Shown: piece after piece, positions 39,656 through 52,200 of the stretch
Position numbering within the stretch: the stretch's first letter is position 1
How the letters are laid out: each line of letters opens with the position of its first letter
DNA from: an uncultured Acidobacteriota bacterium
Lineage (GTDB): Bacteria; Acidobacteriota; Blastocatellia; RBC074
Direction: 5' to 3'
NCBI GenBank assembly: GCA_963796275.1
Contig: CAWCKY010000004.1
Span: 544,001-608,000 of the forward strand
Length of the DNA: 64,000 nucleotides
Translations under genes and position numbers: made by a program
Notes under the pieces: generated by a model
The model's input: only the letters and a program-made list of their open reading frames with translations
Told to the model about the DNA's origin: nothing
The model's database searches: none

Positions 39656-41926
39656 ATGGATAAACCGATTTCTCGCAGACAGGCATTGAAACATTTCGGC
39701 TCGGCGGGCGCAGGCGCGCTGCTCGGCTCCTCGTTATCGCAGGAGGACGACGATATCCGTATCGCCGGGCAAGCGGTCGAGATTGCGGTCGCTCCGGTGA
39801 GCGACCACACGATGCGTCTCAGCGTGGTTCCTATTGAGAAGGGGAAGCCTAGGACGATCCCCTATGATGGAGCGCTGGTACAACAAACCTGGTCGCCTCC
39901 GGTTGCGCGCTTCTCGAAACGGGGGCGCGATCGGAACGTGCGCTGTGGCAAACTGCTGGTGCGCCTATCGCCCGAGCCGTTGACGATTCGTATCGAAGAT
40001 GCGGAAAAACGTCTGGTTCAACAACTCCGGCTCGATGAGCAGACGGGGGCGCTCGATTTCCTCCTGGGCGACAAACCGCTGCTCGGTCTCGGAGAGGGCG
40101 GACCGCAATTCGACCGGCGCGGATCGACCGATCGCATGCGCAGCGGCCAGGGCGGCTATCGGCTGCGCACTCACGGCGGGCGAGTTCCCATTCAATGGCT
40201 GGTCGGGACTGGCGGCTGGGCGATCTTCATAAATCAGCCTTACGGGACGTTCGATTTCACGCGCCCGGAGGCACGCTTCGATCCGGGCAGCACTCCCCTG
40301 CCGCTCGATCTCTTTATCATAGCCGCGCGAGAGCCGGCCCAGGTCATGGCCGAATATGCGCTATTGACGGGCCGCCCGGAGATGCCTCCTCTATGGTCGC
40401 TGGGCTATCAGCAATCGCATCGATTGCTCGCCAACCAAGAGGTGGTTCTCGATGTCGCCCGAACTTTTCGTGAAAAGAAGCTGCCCTGCGATGCGCTCAT
40501 CTATCTCGGCACCGGCTTCACTCCATCGGGATGGAACAAGTACAACGGAGAATTCACCTGGAACCAGGCGGTCTTCCCCGATCCCCAGAAAATTGTGGGC
40601 GAGCTGCACGCCCAAAACTTCAAAGTTGTCCTGCATATCGTTCTAGAAGGGCGGCGACTCGCGGGCGCCGTCGGCGAGCCGTGTACGGCAGCCCCCCTGC
40701 CGAGCGGTCGAACGCCTGATGAGAAGTGGCCGGACGACCGGCAGGTGAGTTGCTACTGGCCGGTACACAAGAAACTCTACGACGATGGAATCGACGGTTG
40801 GTGGCCGGATCAGGGGGACGGACTAGACGCACCTTCACGCCTCGCGCGCAACCGCATGTACTGGGAAGGCTCGCTGCAGTTTCGCCCGAACGAGCGCCCT
40901 TATGCGCTGCATCGCAACGGTCACGCCGGCATGCAGCGGTTCGCCGCATTTCTCTGGTCCGGTGATGTCTATTCGACCTGGGAGACGCTCCAAACGCACG
41001 TGCCGGTCGCAGTCAACACTGGGCTCACTGGCATTCCCTATTGGGGGACGGACATCGGCGGGTTTGTGCCGACTAAGGAATACACCGGTGAATTGCACGT
41101 GCGCTGGTTTCAATTCGGCGCATTCTGCCCGCTCTTCCGCGCGCACGGAAGGACGTGGAAGCTGCGGCTGCCCTGGGGTTGGAACACGGGCGAGTTGGGT
41201 CCCAATGAAATCTCAAACTACAGAGGTGGCGCAGCCAACCCCGATTCGAGTGAGTTGCGCAATCCGGATGTAGAGCCGATCTGCCGCAAGTATCTGGAGC
41301 TGCGATACCGGCTGATGCCCTATCTCTACTCCGCCGTACGCGAAACGCACGAGACCGGCCTCCCGATTATGCGGGCTCTCTGGCTGCATTATCCCGACGA
41401 CGCGGCTGCCGTCGCGCGCGGCGATGAATATCTCTGGGGGCGCGATCTACTGGTCGCTCCGGTAACCGAGAAGGGCGCCGGGTCGCGTCGGCTCTATCTC
41501 CCGCGCGGCAACTGGTACGATTTCTGGACTGAAGATAAGGTCGAAGGTGGTCGCGAGATCGAACGGCCGGTAGATCTAGCGACGATGCCGCTGTACGCGC
41601 GCGCCGGTTCTATCATTCCCTTTGGCCCCCTCAAAATGTATACGGGGGAGCAGGTCGAGGGGCCGCTGGCTCTCAACATCTATCCGGGCGCCGACGCAGC
41701 TTTCACGCTCTATGAAGACGACGGGGCGACATTCGACTACCGCCGCGGAGAATGGATGAAGCTGCAGATGGCCTGGAGCGATAGCCGCCGGACGCTGACG
41801 CTGCGGCTCGCCAGAGGCTCGCGGATGCTGCCGCCGTCGAGGCGCGAGATAGAGGTGCGCATCGTACCCGAAAAAACAACGCGCAAGATCGCATTCGAGG
41901 GACGGACTGTCGAATTTAAATTTTGA
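39656..41926 (+). CDS. Glycoside hydrolase family 31 (alpha-glucosidase/xylosidase-like), Tat-exported
   Basis: SRRQALK twin-arginine signal; PPLWSLGYQQS, WWPD nucleophile, WSGD acid/base, GTDIGGF, LYEDDG. Confidence 0.92.
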   Translation: MDKPISRRQALKHFGSAGAGALLGSSLSQEDDDIRIAGQAVEIAVAPVSDHTMRLSVVPIEKGKPRTIPYDGALVQQTWSPPVARFSKRGRDRNVRCGKLLVRLSPEPLTIRIEDAEKRLVQQLRLDEQTGALDFLLGDKPLLGLGEGGPQFDRRGSTDRMRSGQGGYRLRTHGGRVPIQWLVGTGGWAIFINQPYGTFDFTRPEARFDPGSTPLPLDLFIIAAREPAQVMAEYALLTGRPEMPPLWSLGYQQSHRLLANQEVVLDVARTFREKKLPCDALIYLGTGFTPSGWNKYNGEFTWNQAVFPDPQKIVGELHAQNFKVVLHIVLEGRRLAGAVGEPCTAAPLPSGRTPDEKWPDDRQVSCYWPVHKKLYDDGIDGWWPDQGDGLDAPSRLARNRMYWEGSLQFRPNERPYALHRNGHAGMQRFAAFLWSGDVYSTWETLQTHVPVAVNTGLTGIPYWGTDIGGFVPTKEYTGELHVRWFQFGAFCPLFRAHGRTWKLRLPWGWNTGELGPNEISNYRGGAANPDSSELRNPDVEPICRKYLELRYRLMPYLYSAVRETHETGLPIMRALWLHYPDDAAAVARGDEYLWGRDLLVAPVTEKGAGSRRLYLPRGNWYDFWTEDKVEGGREIERPVDLATMPLYARAGSIIPFGPLKMYTGEQVEGPLALNIYPGADAAFTLYEDDGATFDYRRGEWMKLQMAWSDSRRTLTLRLARGSRMLPPSRREIEVRIVPEKTTRKIAFEGRTVEFKF

Positions 41927-41946
41927 TCACAATTGCGGCAGCCTCA

Positions 41947-42037
41947 TTAGTTTTCAGTTTTTAGTTTTCAGTTTTTAGTCGCAGTCTTCTTGAAATCGCC
42001 TGACAGCGCAAATCATGCTAAAAACTGAAAACTGAAA
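41947..42037. repeat. Inverted AAAACTG/CAGTTTT heptamer arrays between convergent genes
   Basis: TTAGTTTTCAGTTTTTAGTTTTCAGTTTTTAG ... CTAAAAACTGAAAACTGAAA. Confidence 0.8.
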
Positions 42038-42083
42038 CGTCTGGCCCTACGTCTCCCCAGGTTTTTGTATTGATCTCTTCGGT

Positions 42084-43356
<1,273 letters not shown>

Positions 43357-43471
43357 ATGCGCCTCCATTACTCTTATGCCCCTTAACTTCCGACTTCAGT
43401 CCCATTAAATTCATCCCAGCAAAGCTTACAAATCATTTCATCTATCGAATTCTGTAAATCGCTCAGAGGCA

Positions 43472-44122
43472 TCAATCACGCCGGCCCAGGCGCGCCTGGG
43501 GCCGGAGTAGTCCTCCGATCGCGATCTTGCTGATCTCTTCGGCCGCCTGCTCACTCGTCAACCGGCCATCGGGTCGGAACCAGCGCGAGAGCCAGAGCAA
43601 CATTCCGAAGATACTGAAAGCTGCAACCGTCACATCGACATCCTTCAGCTTCCCCTCATCCTTGAGTTGCTGCAGGGTGCTCCGTAGTAGATCGAGATAG
43701 GCCCGCTTGCGCTGGTTGATCTTCCGCAGTTGGGCGGGAGCCAGCCCCGCGACCTCGTCGACTACGATCGTCACCGGACTGTGTCCATCCGGCCCGCTGT
43801 TGCCGGCGATCAGCTGCGCGTGATTGATGATTATCGAACGCAGACGTTTTTCGGCCTCGGCGATGGCGCGAGCCGGCGACATGACATTTTCTTCCAGCAG
43901 GTCCATGCCGTAATTCATTACAGCAAAGAGGAGGTCTTTCTTCCCGCCCGGGATAAAATGATAGATACCCGCTTTCGTGATCCCGACCGCATCAGCGATG
44001 TCACTCATCGAGGTGGCGTCGAATCCTTTGTCGCAAAAAAGCCGCGCCGCAACTACATAGATCTGGCTCAGCCTTTTCTTGCTCGCTTCTGTCTGTTTGC
44101 TTACCTTTTTTTGCGCTTTCAT
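43472..44122 (-). CDS. TetR/AcrR family regulator
   Basis: AARLFCDKGFDATSMSDIADAVGITKAGIYHF; C-terminal WFRPDGRL. Confidence 0.93.
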   Translation of the reverse strand: MKAQKKVSKQTEASKKRLSQIYVVAARLFCDKGFDATSMSDIADAVGITKAGIYHFIPGGKKDLLFAVMNYGMDLLEENVMSPARAIAEAEKRLRSIIINHAQLIAGNSGPDGHSPVTIVVDEVAGLAPAQLRKINQRKRAYLDLLRSTLQQLKDEGKLKDVDVTVAAFSIFGMLLWLSRWFRPDGRLTSEQAAEEISKIAIGGLLRPQARLGRRD

Positions 44123-44289
44123 GATCGTCGGTATTCTACATAACCTACCGACTGGTCAGCAAGGATTTGGAGGCGGTCCTTATTACCGTAGCCGCGCGCA
44201 TGGACGGCGAATCAGTACTGCCAGACACCCCGCTTCAATTGGTCCGCCATCCCCATCCCTGCAGTGTGGCATAGACGATCTTCAGGCCA

Positions 44290-45687
44290 TCAAGCGAAGA
44301 GTTCCGGTACCGGCTTGAAGCCGACGTACTTCGTCCCCGATGCGGGTTCGACGTAATGGAATGACCTTCCCGAAGGCGTGTTGTCGATCGTCTTGGTCCA
44401 GTCGATGCCGAGCGCCGAGTAGATCGTGCAGGCCACATCTTCCATATAAATCGAGCGATTGCCCGACCAGCCGGGATCTACGATCTTTCCTCCGGCATCG
44501 TCGGTTTTGCCGATGACGGCGCCTCGTCTGATACCGCCGCCAGCCAGCATCCCCGAATGGACTTGCATGTAATGCTCGCGCCCCTTGCGCGTCTCGCTGA
44601 TCGGCCCGATCGTGCGGCCGAACTCGCTCATGGCAACGACCAGCGTCTCATCGAGCAGCGTCTTGCCCGGGCTGTGTCTGGATGGGGTGGCGTCGAGGTC
44701 TTTGATCAGGTTCGTGAAAGCGGCGTCGAGCTCCTTGATCAATACCGGATGATTGCGAGTGTTCTCCTTGTAGATGCTGCCGTGATGATCCCAACCTCCG
44801 TGACTGGCCATGATAAATCGCGTCCCGGCGTCAGCGCGGAACAGGTTGCGCGCCAGTATCAAAGAGTTGCCGATCGAGCTATTACCGTATCGCTTCTTGT
44901 CGTCATCCGTGATCGTCATCACCTCGGGCACGCGCGGATCGTTCATGATCGCCCACGCCCCGCGGTAGTATTCGTGGTAATCGGCGAAGCTGCGGTCGGG
45001 GTGTGACTTGCCCCCGCGCAACGTGCTATCGAGTTGTTGCAGCCGTTCCCAACGTCGCTTGAAGGTCTCTTCCATTCCTTTCTGCGGCGCCAGGTTGGGA
45101 GGGCCATTGCTGATCGCCAGACTCAACGGCCCGAACTCGGCCGAGAAAAATCCCTGATTGATCAACCCCGCCTGATTTCCCGCCATATTCATCGAGATGA
45201 AGGCCGGCAGTGAATCACTGGGCTTGCGCTCCTTCGCCAACTCGTGACATGCGACCGCACCGATGGCTGGAACTTCCTTGGCGAGCGCCAGGTTGAGCGG
45301 ATGGCCGGTCTGGATGTAATACTGTGCGCGGCCATGCACTGCATCCCAGGCCGTGAAGCTCCGCACGATGGTGATGCGGTCGAGCACGCTCGGCAGATTC
45401 TGAAACAGCCCGGCGGGAAGCTTCAGGTCGTTGGGGAAGCTGCGAATATCGAAATAGCTCGGCGTCCAGGCGCCTTCTTTGGCGTCGAGCGAGTCGATCT
45501 GGCTCATGCCGCCGTCGATATTAATGAACAATACCTGGCGGGCCGTCCCCATCGGTCTGACCTTCTCCTGTGCTCGGACGTTGAACGGGCGAAAGGCATT
45601 GAGATAACCGCCTACAAGTGTGATGCCTCCGACGCGCAGCAATTCGCGCCGGGTCAGAAATGGGATGTTTCGTTCGCTACGGTTCAT
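44290..45687 (-). CDS. DUF1501 domain protein (Tat-like signal)
   Basis: TRRELL, GGMSQIDSLDAK, GGWDHH, ETLVVAMSEFGRT, LAGGGI. Confidence 0.9.
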   Translation of the reverse strand: MNRSERNIPFLTRRELLRVGGITLVGGYLNAFRPFNVRAQEKVRPMGTARQVLFINIDGGMSQIDSLDAKEGAWTPSYFDIRSFPNDLKLPAGLFQNLPSVLDRITIVRSFTAWDAVHGRAQYYIQTGHPLNLALAKEVPAIGAVACHELAKERKPSDSLPAFISMNMAGNQAGLINQGFFSAEFGPLSLAISNGPPNLAPQKGMEETFKRRWERLQQLDSTLRGGKSHPDRSFADYHEYYRGAWAIMNDPRVPEVMTITDDDKKRYGNSSIGNSLILARNLFRADAGTRFIMASHGGWDHHGSIYKENTRNHPVLIKELDAAFTNLIKDLDATPSRHSPGKTLLDETLVVAMSEFGRTIGPISETRKGREHYMQVHSGMLAGGGIRRGAVIGKTDDAGGKIVDPGWSGNRSIYMEDVACTIYSALGIDWTKTIDNTPSGRSFHYVEPASGTKYVGFKPVPELFA

Positions 45688-45783
45688 GGTCTCTCCCCCA
45701 GAAAACAGTTTCAGTTTTTAGTTGCATCGAGACCGCCCAACTACAAACTAAAAACTGAAAACTGAAAACTGAAAACTAAAGTG

Positions 45784-45990
45784 ACTGCTTAGCCTCTTCG
45801 CCGCGTTAGCGGCGGTTGATTGTAGCCGTGGGTTTTAACCCACGGTGGCGGTAGATTTTTTCGCGTCGCGTCAGCGACGGTTGAATTCAGGCGTCGCTAA
45901 CGCGACGCGGGAATATCCTTCAAGCCCTCCGTGGGTTAAAACCCACGGCTACAATCAACCGCCGCTAACGCGGCGAAGAGTCTAAGCAGT
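45784..45990. repeat. REPIN-like long palindrome (62-bp arms containing GTAG-REP), flanked by AAAACTG arrays
   Basis: 45784-45845 is the near-perfect reverse complement of 45929-45990; each arm has GTAGCCGTGGGTTTTAACCCACGG; inner pair CGCGTCGCGTCAGCGACG/CGTCGCTAACGCGACGCG. Confidence 0.92.
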
Positions 45991-46047
45991 TAATTTTAGC
46001 TGAGCTGTCTCGATCAGCAACTGAAAACTAAAAACTGAAAACTGTTT

Positions 46048-47946
46048 TTAGTAGTTAAACACGAAATCGAGCTTATTCAGCAGACTCCAATGCAGGTCTT
46101 CCGCGCCCTGCTTGCGGTCCTTCTGGAGCCATTCGACGGCAATCGTTTTCTCCTGCGGCATCGGATAACGCGACAGCGTGGCCAGATACATCTGTTCGAC
46201 TATCTGTTCGTTCGTCTTGGCCGATTTGACAAGTTGATCGACCAGGCTGCCATTCGATGCAGTCACTCGTTTTGTCACAAACGGGCTGTTCATCAACACC
46301 ATCGCCTGCAGGATCGATCCGCCCGGCTGGCGGTCGAACTGCTCGCGGTTGGCTTGCCCGAAGGTGCGCAGGAGAGCCTTCGCTTCACCGTTGTTGATGT
46401 CTTCCGGCGAAGCGGCCTCGGTCCAGAAGTGAGCCGGAGGGATCGCCGTGTCGTATAGATAATCCTTGCGATTGTAATCGCCGAAGACCAGTGTAGCCTG
46501 CGTGATCGCGTCGTGAATCTGTTCCGCGGTCAGTTGCCTTACATAGCGACGCGCGAAGTATGGCGTATAACTCTCCTTCCAAGCTCCGTCAAAACGCGAG
46601 GAGAGCTGATATGCGCTCGATCGTACAATGGTCCGCATCAGGTGCTTCAAGCTGAAGCGATTCGTCGCGAAATCGCGCGCCAGCTCATCGAGCAATTCGT
46701 TGTTAGTCGGCTGGCAGGTCCACGGCGCGGGCAGATTGGCCTTCGGGTCCTGCCGAGCCAGATCGAACGACTCAACCGGATCGACAATCCCCAGGCCGAA
46801 GAACTGCTTCCAGAAAAGGTTTACGGTGGCGCGCGCGAACTGCGGGTGTGTCGTCAGCATCCGCGCGAACTGCGGCCGCAGCGGTTTGCTCAGGTCAGCT
46901 TTTTCTCCGGTCAACATGAAGGTCGGGTGAATAGCTCCGCCATCTCGCTGCAAGCGTACCTGACTCCACCCCTTCGTGTCGTAACCGGTCCCGTCTTCCG
47001 TGACCGTGAAGCGATCCTGGTACGTTACCACGCGAATGCGCGTATTTCCGAAGAAAGCCGCCATCGCCCAGAGATCGCTCCTCTTCTTCGAGACCAGGTC
47101 GAGACTTACCTTCTCGAGAAAACCTTTGCCGCCGTGGCAAGAGATGCATTGATAGTTGGTGCCGAGGAAGATGCGCGCCGAATTGACGATGATCTCATCA
47201 GCGGTGTCTTCGTAGTTGTCGTCGTACATCGTGAGGCCGGTGATGTGCCAGCGCGTCAGGAACCCGGAGGCAGCGGCGTCGGGCATCCAGTTGGTGGTCG
47301 GCGCCGAAGCGGTCAACATCTCGGTCACGAACCGGTCGTAGGATTTGTCCTCTTTGAATGACTGCCTGATCCACGCGTCGAAATGCTTGAGCGCCGGATT
47401 GCCGATGCGATTACCGCAATTGCGAACCAGATCGCCGTACCAGTAACTCCAGTGATCGATCCACGCCTGGCTCTCGATCAATTCGTCGATCAGTTTATCG
47501 CGTTTATTCGGATCGGAGCTGTCGACAAAGGTTTTAAGCTGTTCGACGGTCGGGATGCGCCCGGTGAGGTCGAGGTAAACGCGGCGGCAGAATTCGTAAT
47601 CATTCGACATCGGCGCGTGCGGGATGTTATCTCGTTTCATCGCGCCGAACAGTTGTCGGTCAATCAGATTGCGCACCTCGATCTTTTGCCCACCATCACC
47701 GGCGTGCGGCAATTTGGCGGCGACGCTCTTCGTGATTTCGCTCACCTGTTTGTCGGGACGCTGCGGACTGAGCTTCTCGTCCGCGTGCTCGCCGGGAAAT
47801 CTGTCTTTGCCCGTAGTCTTTTTCTGCGCTTTTAGCGAATTGGTCGCGTCCGCTGCGAGGCAGATTATAACTGCGAGCCAGATGAGAAAGAGAGAGGCTT
47901 TGATGGCAACTGTGTTTGACCGCTGCTCTGCCGTGCGACTCTTCAT
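46048..47946 (-). CDS. DUF1549/DUF1553 (PSD1-type) protein with CxxCH
   Basis: EFCRRVYLDLTGRIPT, CISCH, VNLFWKQFFGLGIVDPV, LTAEQIHDAI, LLNKLDFVFNY. Confidence 0.92.
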   Translation of the reverse strand: MKSRTAEQRSNTVAIKASLFLIWLAVIICLAADATNSLKAQKKTTGKDRFPGEHADEKLSPQRPDKQVSEITKSVAAKLPHAGDGGQKIEVRNLIDRQLFGAMKRDNIPHAPMSNDYEFCRRVYLDLTGRIPTVEQLKTFVDSSDPNKRDKLIDELIESQAWIDHWSYWYGDLVRNCGNRIGNPALKHFDAWIRQSFKEDKSYDRFVTEMLTASAPTTNWMPDAAASGFLTRWHITGLTMYDDNYEDTADEIIVNSARIFLGTNYQCISCHGGKGFLEKVSLDLVSKKRSDLWAMAAFFGNTRIRVVTYQDRFTVTEDGTGYDTKGWSQVRLQRDGGAIHPTFMLTGEKADLSKPLRPQFARMLTTHPQFARATVNLFWKQFFGLGIVDPVESFDLARQDPKANLPAPWTCQPTNNELLDELARDFATNRFSLKHLMRTIVRSSAYQLSSRFDGAWKESYTPYFARRYVRQLTAEQIHDAITQATLVFGDYNRKDYLYDTAIPPAHFWTEAASPEDINNGEAKALLRTFGQANREQFDRQPGGSILQAMVLMNSPFVTKRVTASNGSLVDQLVKSAKTNEQIVEQMYLATLSRYPMPQEKTIAVEWLQKDRKQGAEDLHWSLLNKLDFVFNY

Positions 47947-47967
47947 GAATAGAACCTCCGCAGAAAT

Positions 47968-48050
47968 AGTTTTCAGTTTTCAGTTTTTAGTTTTCAGCTT
48001 TCAATCCCCAATCAAGACCATCTAACTAAAAACTGAAAACTAAAAACAGA
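47968..48050. repeat. Inverted AAAACTG/CAGTTTT heptamer arrays
   Basis: AGTTTTCAGTTTTCAGTTTTTAGTTTTCAG ... CTAAAAACTGAAAACTAAAAACAG. Confidence 0.8.
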
Positions 48051-48054
48051 ATTT

Positions 48055-49260
48055 TCACTCGCCCTCACCCGCCACTGTGGTAATTAAACCTTTCGCATCG
48101 ATCTTTCTGATCCGATGATTGGCTCGATCTGCAATAAAGATGTTTCCGTCTTTCGCGATGGCTAACTTTTGCGGCGTGTTTAACGCAGCGGCGGTAGCCG
48201 TTTTGCCGTCTCCACCGAAGCCCGCGCGCCCCGACCCCGCAATGGTTGTGATCACTCCTCCGCGGATTACGCGGATGCGATTGTTCCCGCTGTCTGAAAT
48301 GTAGAGGTTGCCCGCTGCATCCAATTCCATGTCGGCGGGCGTAAAGAGCTTCGCCTTCTCCGCCGGCCCGCCGTCCCCTACAAATCCAGCTCCTCCGATC
48401 CCCTCACCGCCGCCGAACCCGGCCACTGTTTGAATCTTCCCGTCCGCGGCAACGCACCGGATACGGCTGTTTGCCGCATCGGCGACATAGAAGCCGCCGT
48501 CAGGCCCTACAGTCACGGCCATCGGAAGATTCAATTGTGCCTCGATTGCCGATCCGCCATCACCACTAAGTCCGGCAACCGATCCGGCAACTATCGTCAT
48601 CGTACCGTCGCGTTCGAGCCGCCGCACCACGCGGTTGAAGGTGTCGGCAATCAGAATGCTCCCGGTGGTTTCAACCGCGATGCCTTGCGGGTTGTTGAGC
48701 GAATCCTTCGGCGCCGGATTGCTATATCCGGTAGAAGGGGCTTTGCCCGTGCCGGCTATCGTCGTGATCAATCCCTGACGATCGATGCGCCGGATTCGTT
48801 GATTGTATGTGTCGGCGATGAGCAGATTACTTTCCGCATCGAAAGCCAAATCGTGCGGCGCATTAAGCTGAGCCTTGATAGCAGGCCCGCCGTCGCCGCT
48901 GAAGCCCGCTTCGCCTGTCCCTGCAACGACGGTCAGATGACCCTTGCCATCGAGCTTGTAGATCCGGTGCGTTCCGGTGTCAGAAATATATAAATCGCCT
49001 CTGCCATCGAGCGCGAGTCCATTGGGATAGATCAGTCGATGTTGGTTATTCGGAGGAATATAAAGGAAAACAGAAACGGCAAAGAAGGGCACGAGAGACA
49101 TGAGGACAGTCCCCCAATTCACCGATGAATGCCCTCTGCCGATCGAGAAAATGGAATACGCAACGATCGAAACGGAATGAAACAAACGATAAATACCCTT
49201 TTTTTTCGTTTCGTTCATTTTCGTTCTGTTCGTATTCGCTCCTCTACCTCCGACGGACAT
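48055..49260 (-). CDS. NHL-repeat beta-propeller protein (start uncertain)
   Basis: Repeated P.GLA.D..G.LYI.D..N.RIR and GFSGDGGPA..AQLN.P units; RBS AGGAGG before ATG 49260. Confidence 0.88.
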   Translation of the reverse strand: MSVGGRGANTNRTKMNETKKKGIYRLFHSVSIVAYSIFSIGRGHSSVNWGTVLMSLVPFFAVSVFLYIPPNNQHRLIYPNGLALDGRGDLYISDTGTHRIYKLDGKGHLTVVAGTGEAGFSGDGGPAIKAQLNAPHDLAFDAESNLLIADTYNQRIRRIDRQGLITTIAGTGKAPSTGYSNPAPKDSLNNPQGIAVETTGSILIADTFNRVVRRLERDGTMTIVAGSVAGLSGDGGSAIEAQLNLPMAVTVGPDGGFYVADAANSRIRCVAADGKIQTVAGFGGGEGIGGAGFVGDGGPAEKAKLFTPADMELDAAGNLYISDSGNNRIRVIRGGVITTIAGSGRAGFGGDGKTATAAALNTPQKLAIAKDGNIFIADRANHRIRKIDAKGLITTVAGEGE

Positions 49261-49272
49261 CAGGTTCACCTC

Positions 49273-52200
49273 CTAAAAGATCAGCTTCAGACCAAATTGA
49301 ATTATTCGTGGGTCCCGGGCCGAGGTAACGATACCGAAGTTACTGCTGCCAACATCGCGCCCCGGCTGGCCCCAGTTCGGGTGATTGAAAGCGTTGAAGA
49401 ATTCGCTGCGGAACTGCAGCTGCATCTTCTCCCGGATCCTTATGTTCTTAAAGATGGCCAAGTCTATCACATTGGTCCCGGGGCTTGTCACGGTTGAACG
49501 CCCCGCCGTGCCGAAACGGTCCGCCGGAGCGGAGAAGCAACTGCCATCGAAGAAGGTGACACCTCCGCTCGCCGGATTGCGCGTTCGTGCGCTCTCGGAG
49601 AGCTTCGGATTGCAGATCTGATCGGGCCGCACCGCGCCGTCGGTTCCGATGCCGAGCGGGTCGCCGCTGCTCCTGATGGTGAGCGGATATCCCGACTGCA
49701 GCGAGACGATGCCGTTGAGCTGCCAGCCGCCGATCAGATGTTCGACGATGCCACTGGCATTCGCGCCGAGGCGTTTGCCCAGTATGCCACGTGTGCCCTG
49801 CCCGAAGGGAAGCTCATAAATGAATGAAGTCACGAAGCGAAACCTGTAGTCAAAGGACGCCAGCCCTTTGTCCGCATATCTGTTGAAGATGTCCTGGATG
49901 CGGTTGCCGGTGTCGTTGTCGCCGCCTCCGAACGGCTGCGCGTCGCTGATCGCTTTCGACCAGGTGAATGCGCTGATGAACGTCAGCCCGCCTGAGAATC
50001 GTTTCTCGAGCCGCGAGAGCAGAGAATGATAGGTGGAGAAAGCGGTGCTCGTGGTCTCGAACCAGTTGTCGAGCGTGATCAATTGACCATCAAAAACGGC
50101 GAATGGTAACAACCGTCGCAGGTGCGGATTGACCGAGGTCGGAATGACCGCATTCGGAGAACGGGGTTCGCGGGTATTGAAATTCTCGCGGCGGTTGAGC
50201 CTCGTTCCCTTGTTGCCCGCGTAAGCGATCTCGGCGACCAAATTATTTCCCAACTGCTGCTGGACGCCGAAATTCCAGTGCTGGACGTATGCATTCCGGA
50301 AATTTATTCCGTAAGTGTTCGGTCCCGGAGTGAACGAACCGATTGGGGGATCGTCGAGCAAGTAACCGATGAAGGTTTCCGGCGTCGCCTGCCCGAATTG
50401 AAAGGACGAGAGCGACTGCTGGTCTTCGCGCACGAAAGGCAGATTCTCGACCGCATCCTGGAAGTAGCTGACCGGCACGGTATCATAGAAAAGCCCGTAG
50501 CCGGTCCGAATTACAGTCTTCTGCGTTAATCGAAAGGCGATTCCGAGGCGAGGACCGAAATTGAATTTTTCTGTATCGACGAGCGACCGCGGTACTTCGC
50601 GCCCCGCAACGACGATCTGCGGCAACATATCTACGCGCAAATCATCGAGCGTCAATCCCAAGTTCAGCGGATCGAGAGTTGCCGGCAGGCTCGCGCATTT
50701 CTGCCTGTCTTTACAGAAAGCGATCCCGCCTTCGGCGAAGCTCCCCGGGAAGCGCGGGATGCGGATGGCCGAAATATTGTTGCGCGTCTCTTTGGGAGGA
50801 ACATAAAGCTGATAGCGAACTCCGTAGTTGACCGTCAACCTGCTGCTGAATTTGAAGTCATCCTGGAAAAAGCCGGCATACTCGGTGGCGCGCAAAAAAC
50901 TCGTATGGTCTCCCGGCCTGCGCGCCTTTTGCCTCGGCAGCCCCAGCAGAAAATTGGCGAAGGTGTTGCCCGTGCCGGGGAAGCCTTCCAGCCCGGTCCA
51001 TTCCTGATTACCGAAATTGAAATCGCCGCGCGTGTTGGCCGGTATATTGAATACGTCGAGCTTGATCCGGCGAACTTCGGCTCCCACCTTGAAGAAATGC
51101 CGCCCTTTGTTGAATGATATCTGGTCGATGAATTGGAATGTATGGTCGCCGCGCCGGCTCTCCCCGCCATCATCTATGCTGGTGAACCCCGTGATCGAGA
51201 TGACAGGGGCGCCGGAACCTGCAAGCGGCAGACCGCGAATGCCGAGTTCCTGAACCAGATTTATGCCATCGAATATCCGCTGAGCGCCCGATTCGGGACG
51301 CGCACGCTGATAGCCGAATCTAAATTCATTAACAGTACTCGCGCTGATTGCCTTCGTATAACTGGCGCCGATGACCTGTTGCCGGTTGAGGTTCAGGCGC
51401 TCATTACCCGGGAAGCTGCCCGGAGCCAACCCGTCCGAGTCATTGAAACCGTAACGGGCATAGAAGGAGTCGTTCTCGGTGAAGCGGTGATCGATGCGGA
51501 TCATAAACTGATCGGCGAAGTCTCGGGTGCTGCGCGTGTCGAAAAAGTTGTTGACCGGATTACCGGTTCTGTCGTCGCGCGTGCCAGCCGTATTAGAATC
51601 GGGCCACAACCCCTTCTCCATAATCGCTCGCGCAACCGGATCGAACCGGTCGAGCGGAATCTTGTTTTCGGGAAATGGATCGCGGAGAAAACGGTTAGTC
51701 TGGTTCGGAACGGGCCTGGAACTACGCGGATCATAAAGCTGGTTGGCGCGAACCTGCCGGCCGAGCGAATCGGTGCCGATGACGTCCCCCAGGATGGATG
51801 AGAAATCCCCCGTCTTGAAGGCATCGCTGGGCACAGCGCGGAGGCCGACATTACCCCTGATTTGCCGAAACCCCTGATAATCGCCAAAGAAAAAGGTTTT
51901 GTTCTTGACGATCGGCCCGCCCACGGCCGTACCGAATTCGTTGCGGATCAAGGGCGGTGCGATGAAATCGCCTTTTTCATTGACGAAGTTGGGATTTCGA
52001 TCGAAGTAGTTGCGCGCCTGAAAGGCGTCATTGCGATGGAATTCATAGATCGTGCCGTGCAGTTCGTTTGTGCCTGATTTAGTGACCACGCTGATCTGCC
52101 CGCCCGCGCTGCGCCCGTATTCGGCCGCGTAGTTGTTGACCTCGATCTTGAACTCCTGGATCGCGTCGATAGATGGGCGGAAAGATATGCCGGAATCCCA

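Noticed and set aside
44143-44160. CTACCGACTGGTCAG as a TetR operator
   Set aside because: The position is plausible but the symmetry is too weak to support without comparative data.
45784-45990. Possible CRISPR array
   Set aside because: The repeats are inverted arms of one palindrome with no repeat-spacer periodicity, and there are no cas genes in the window.
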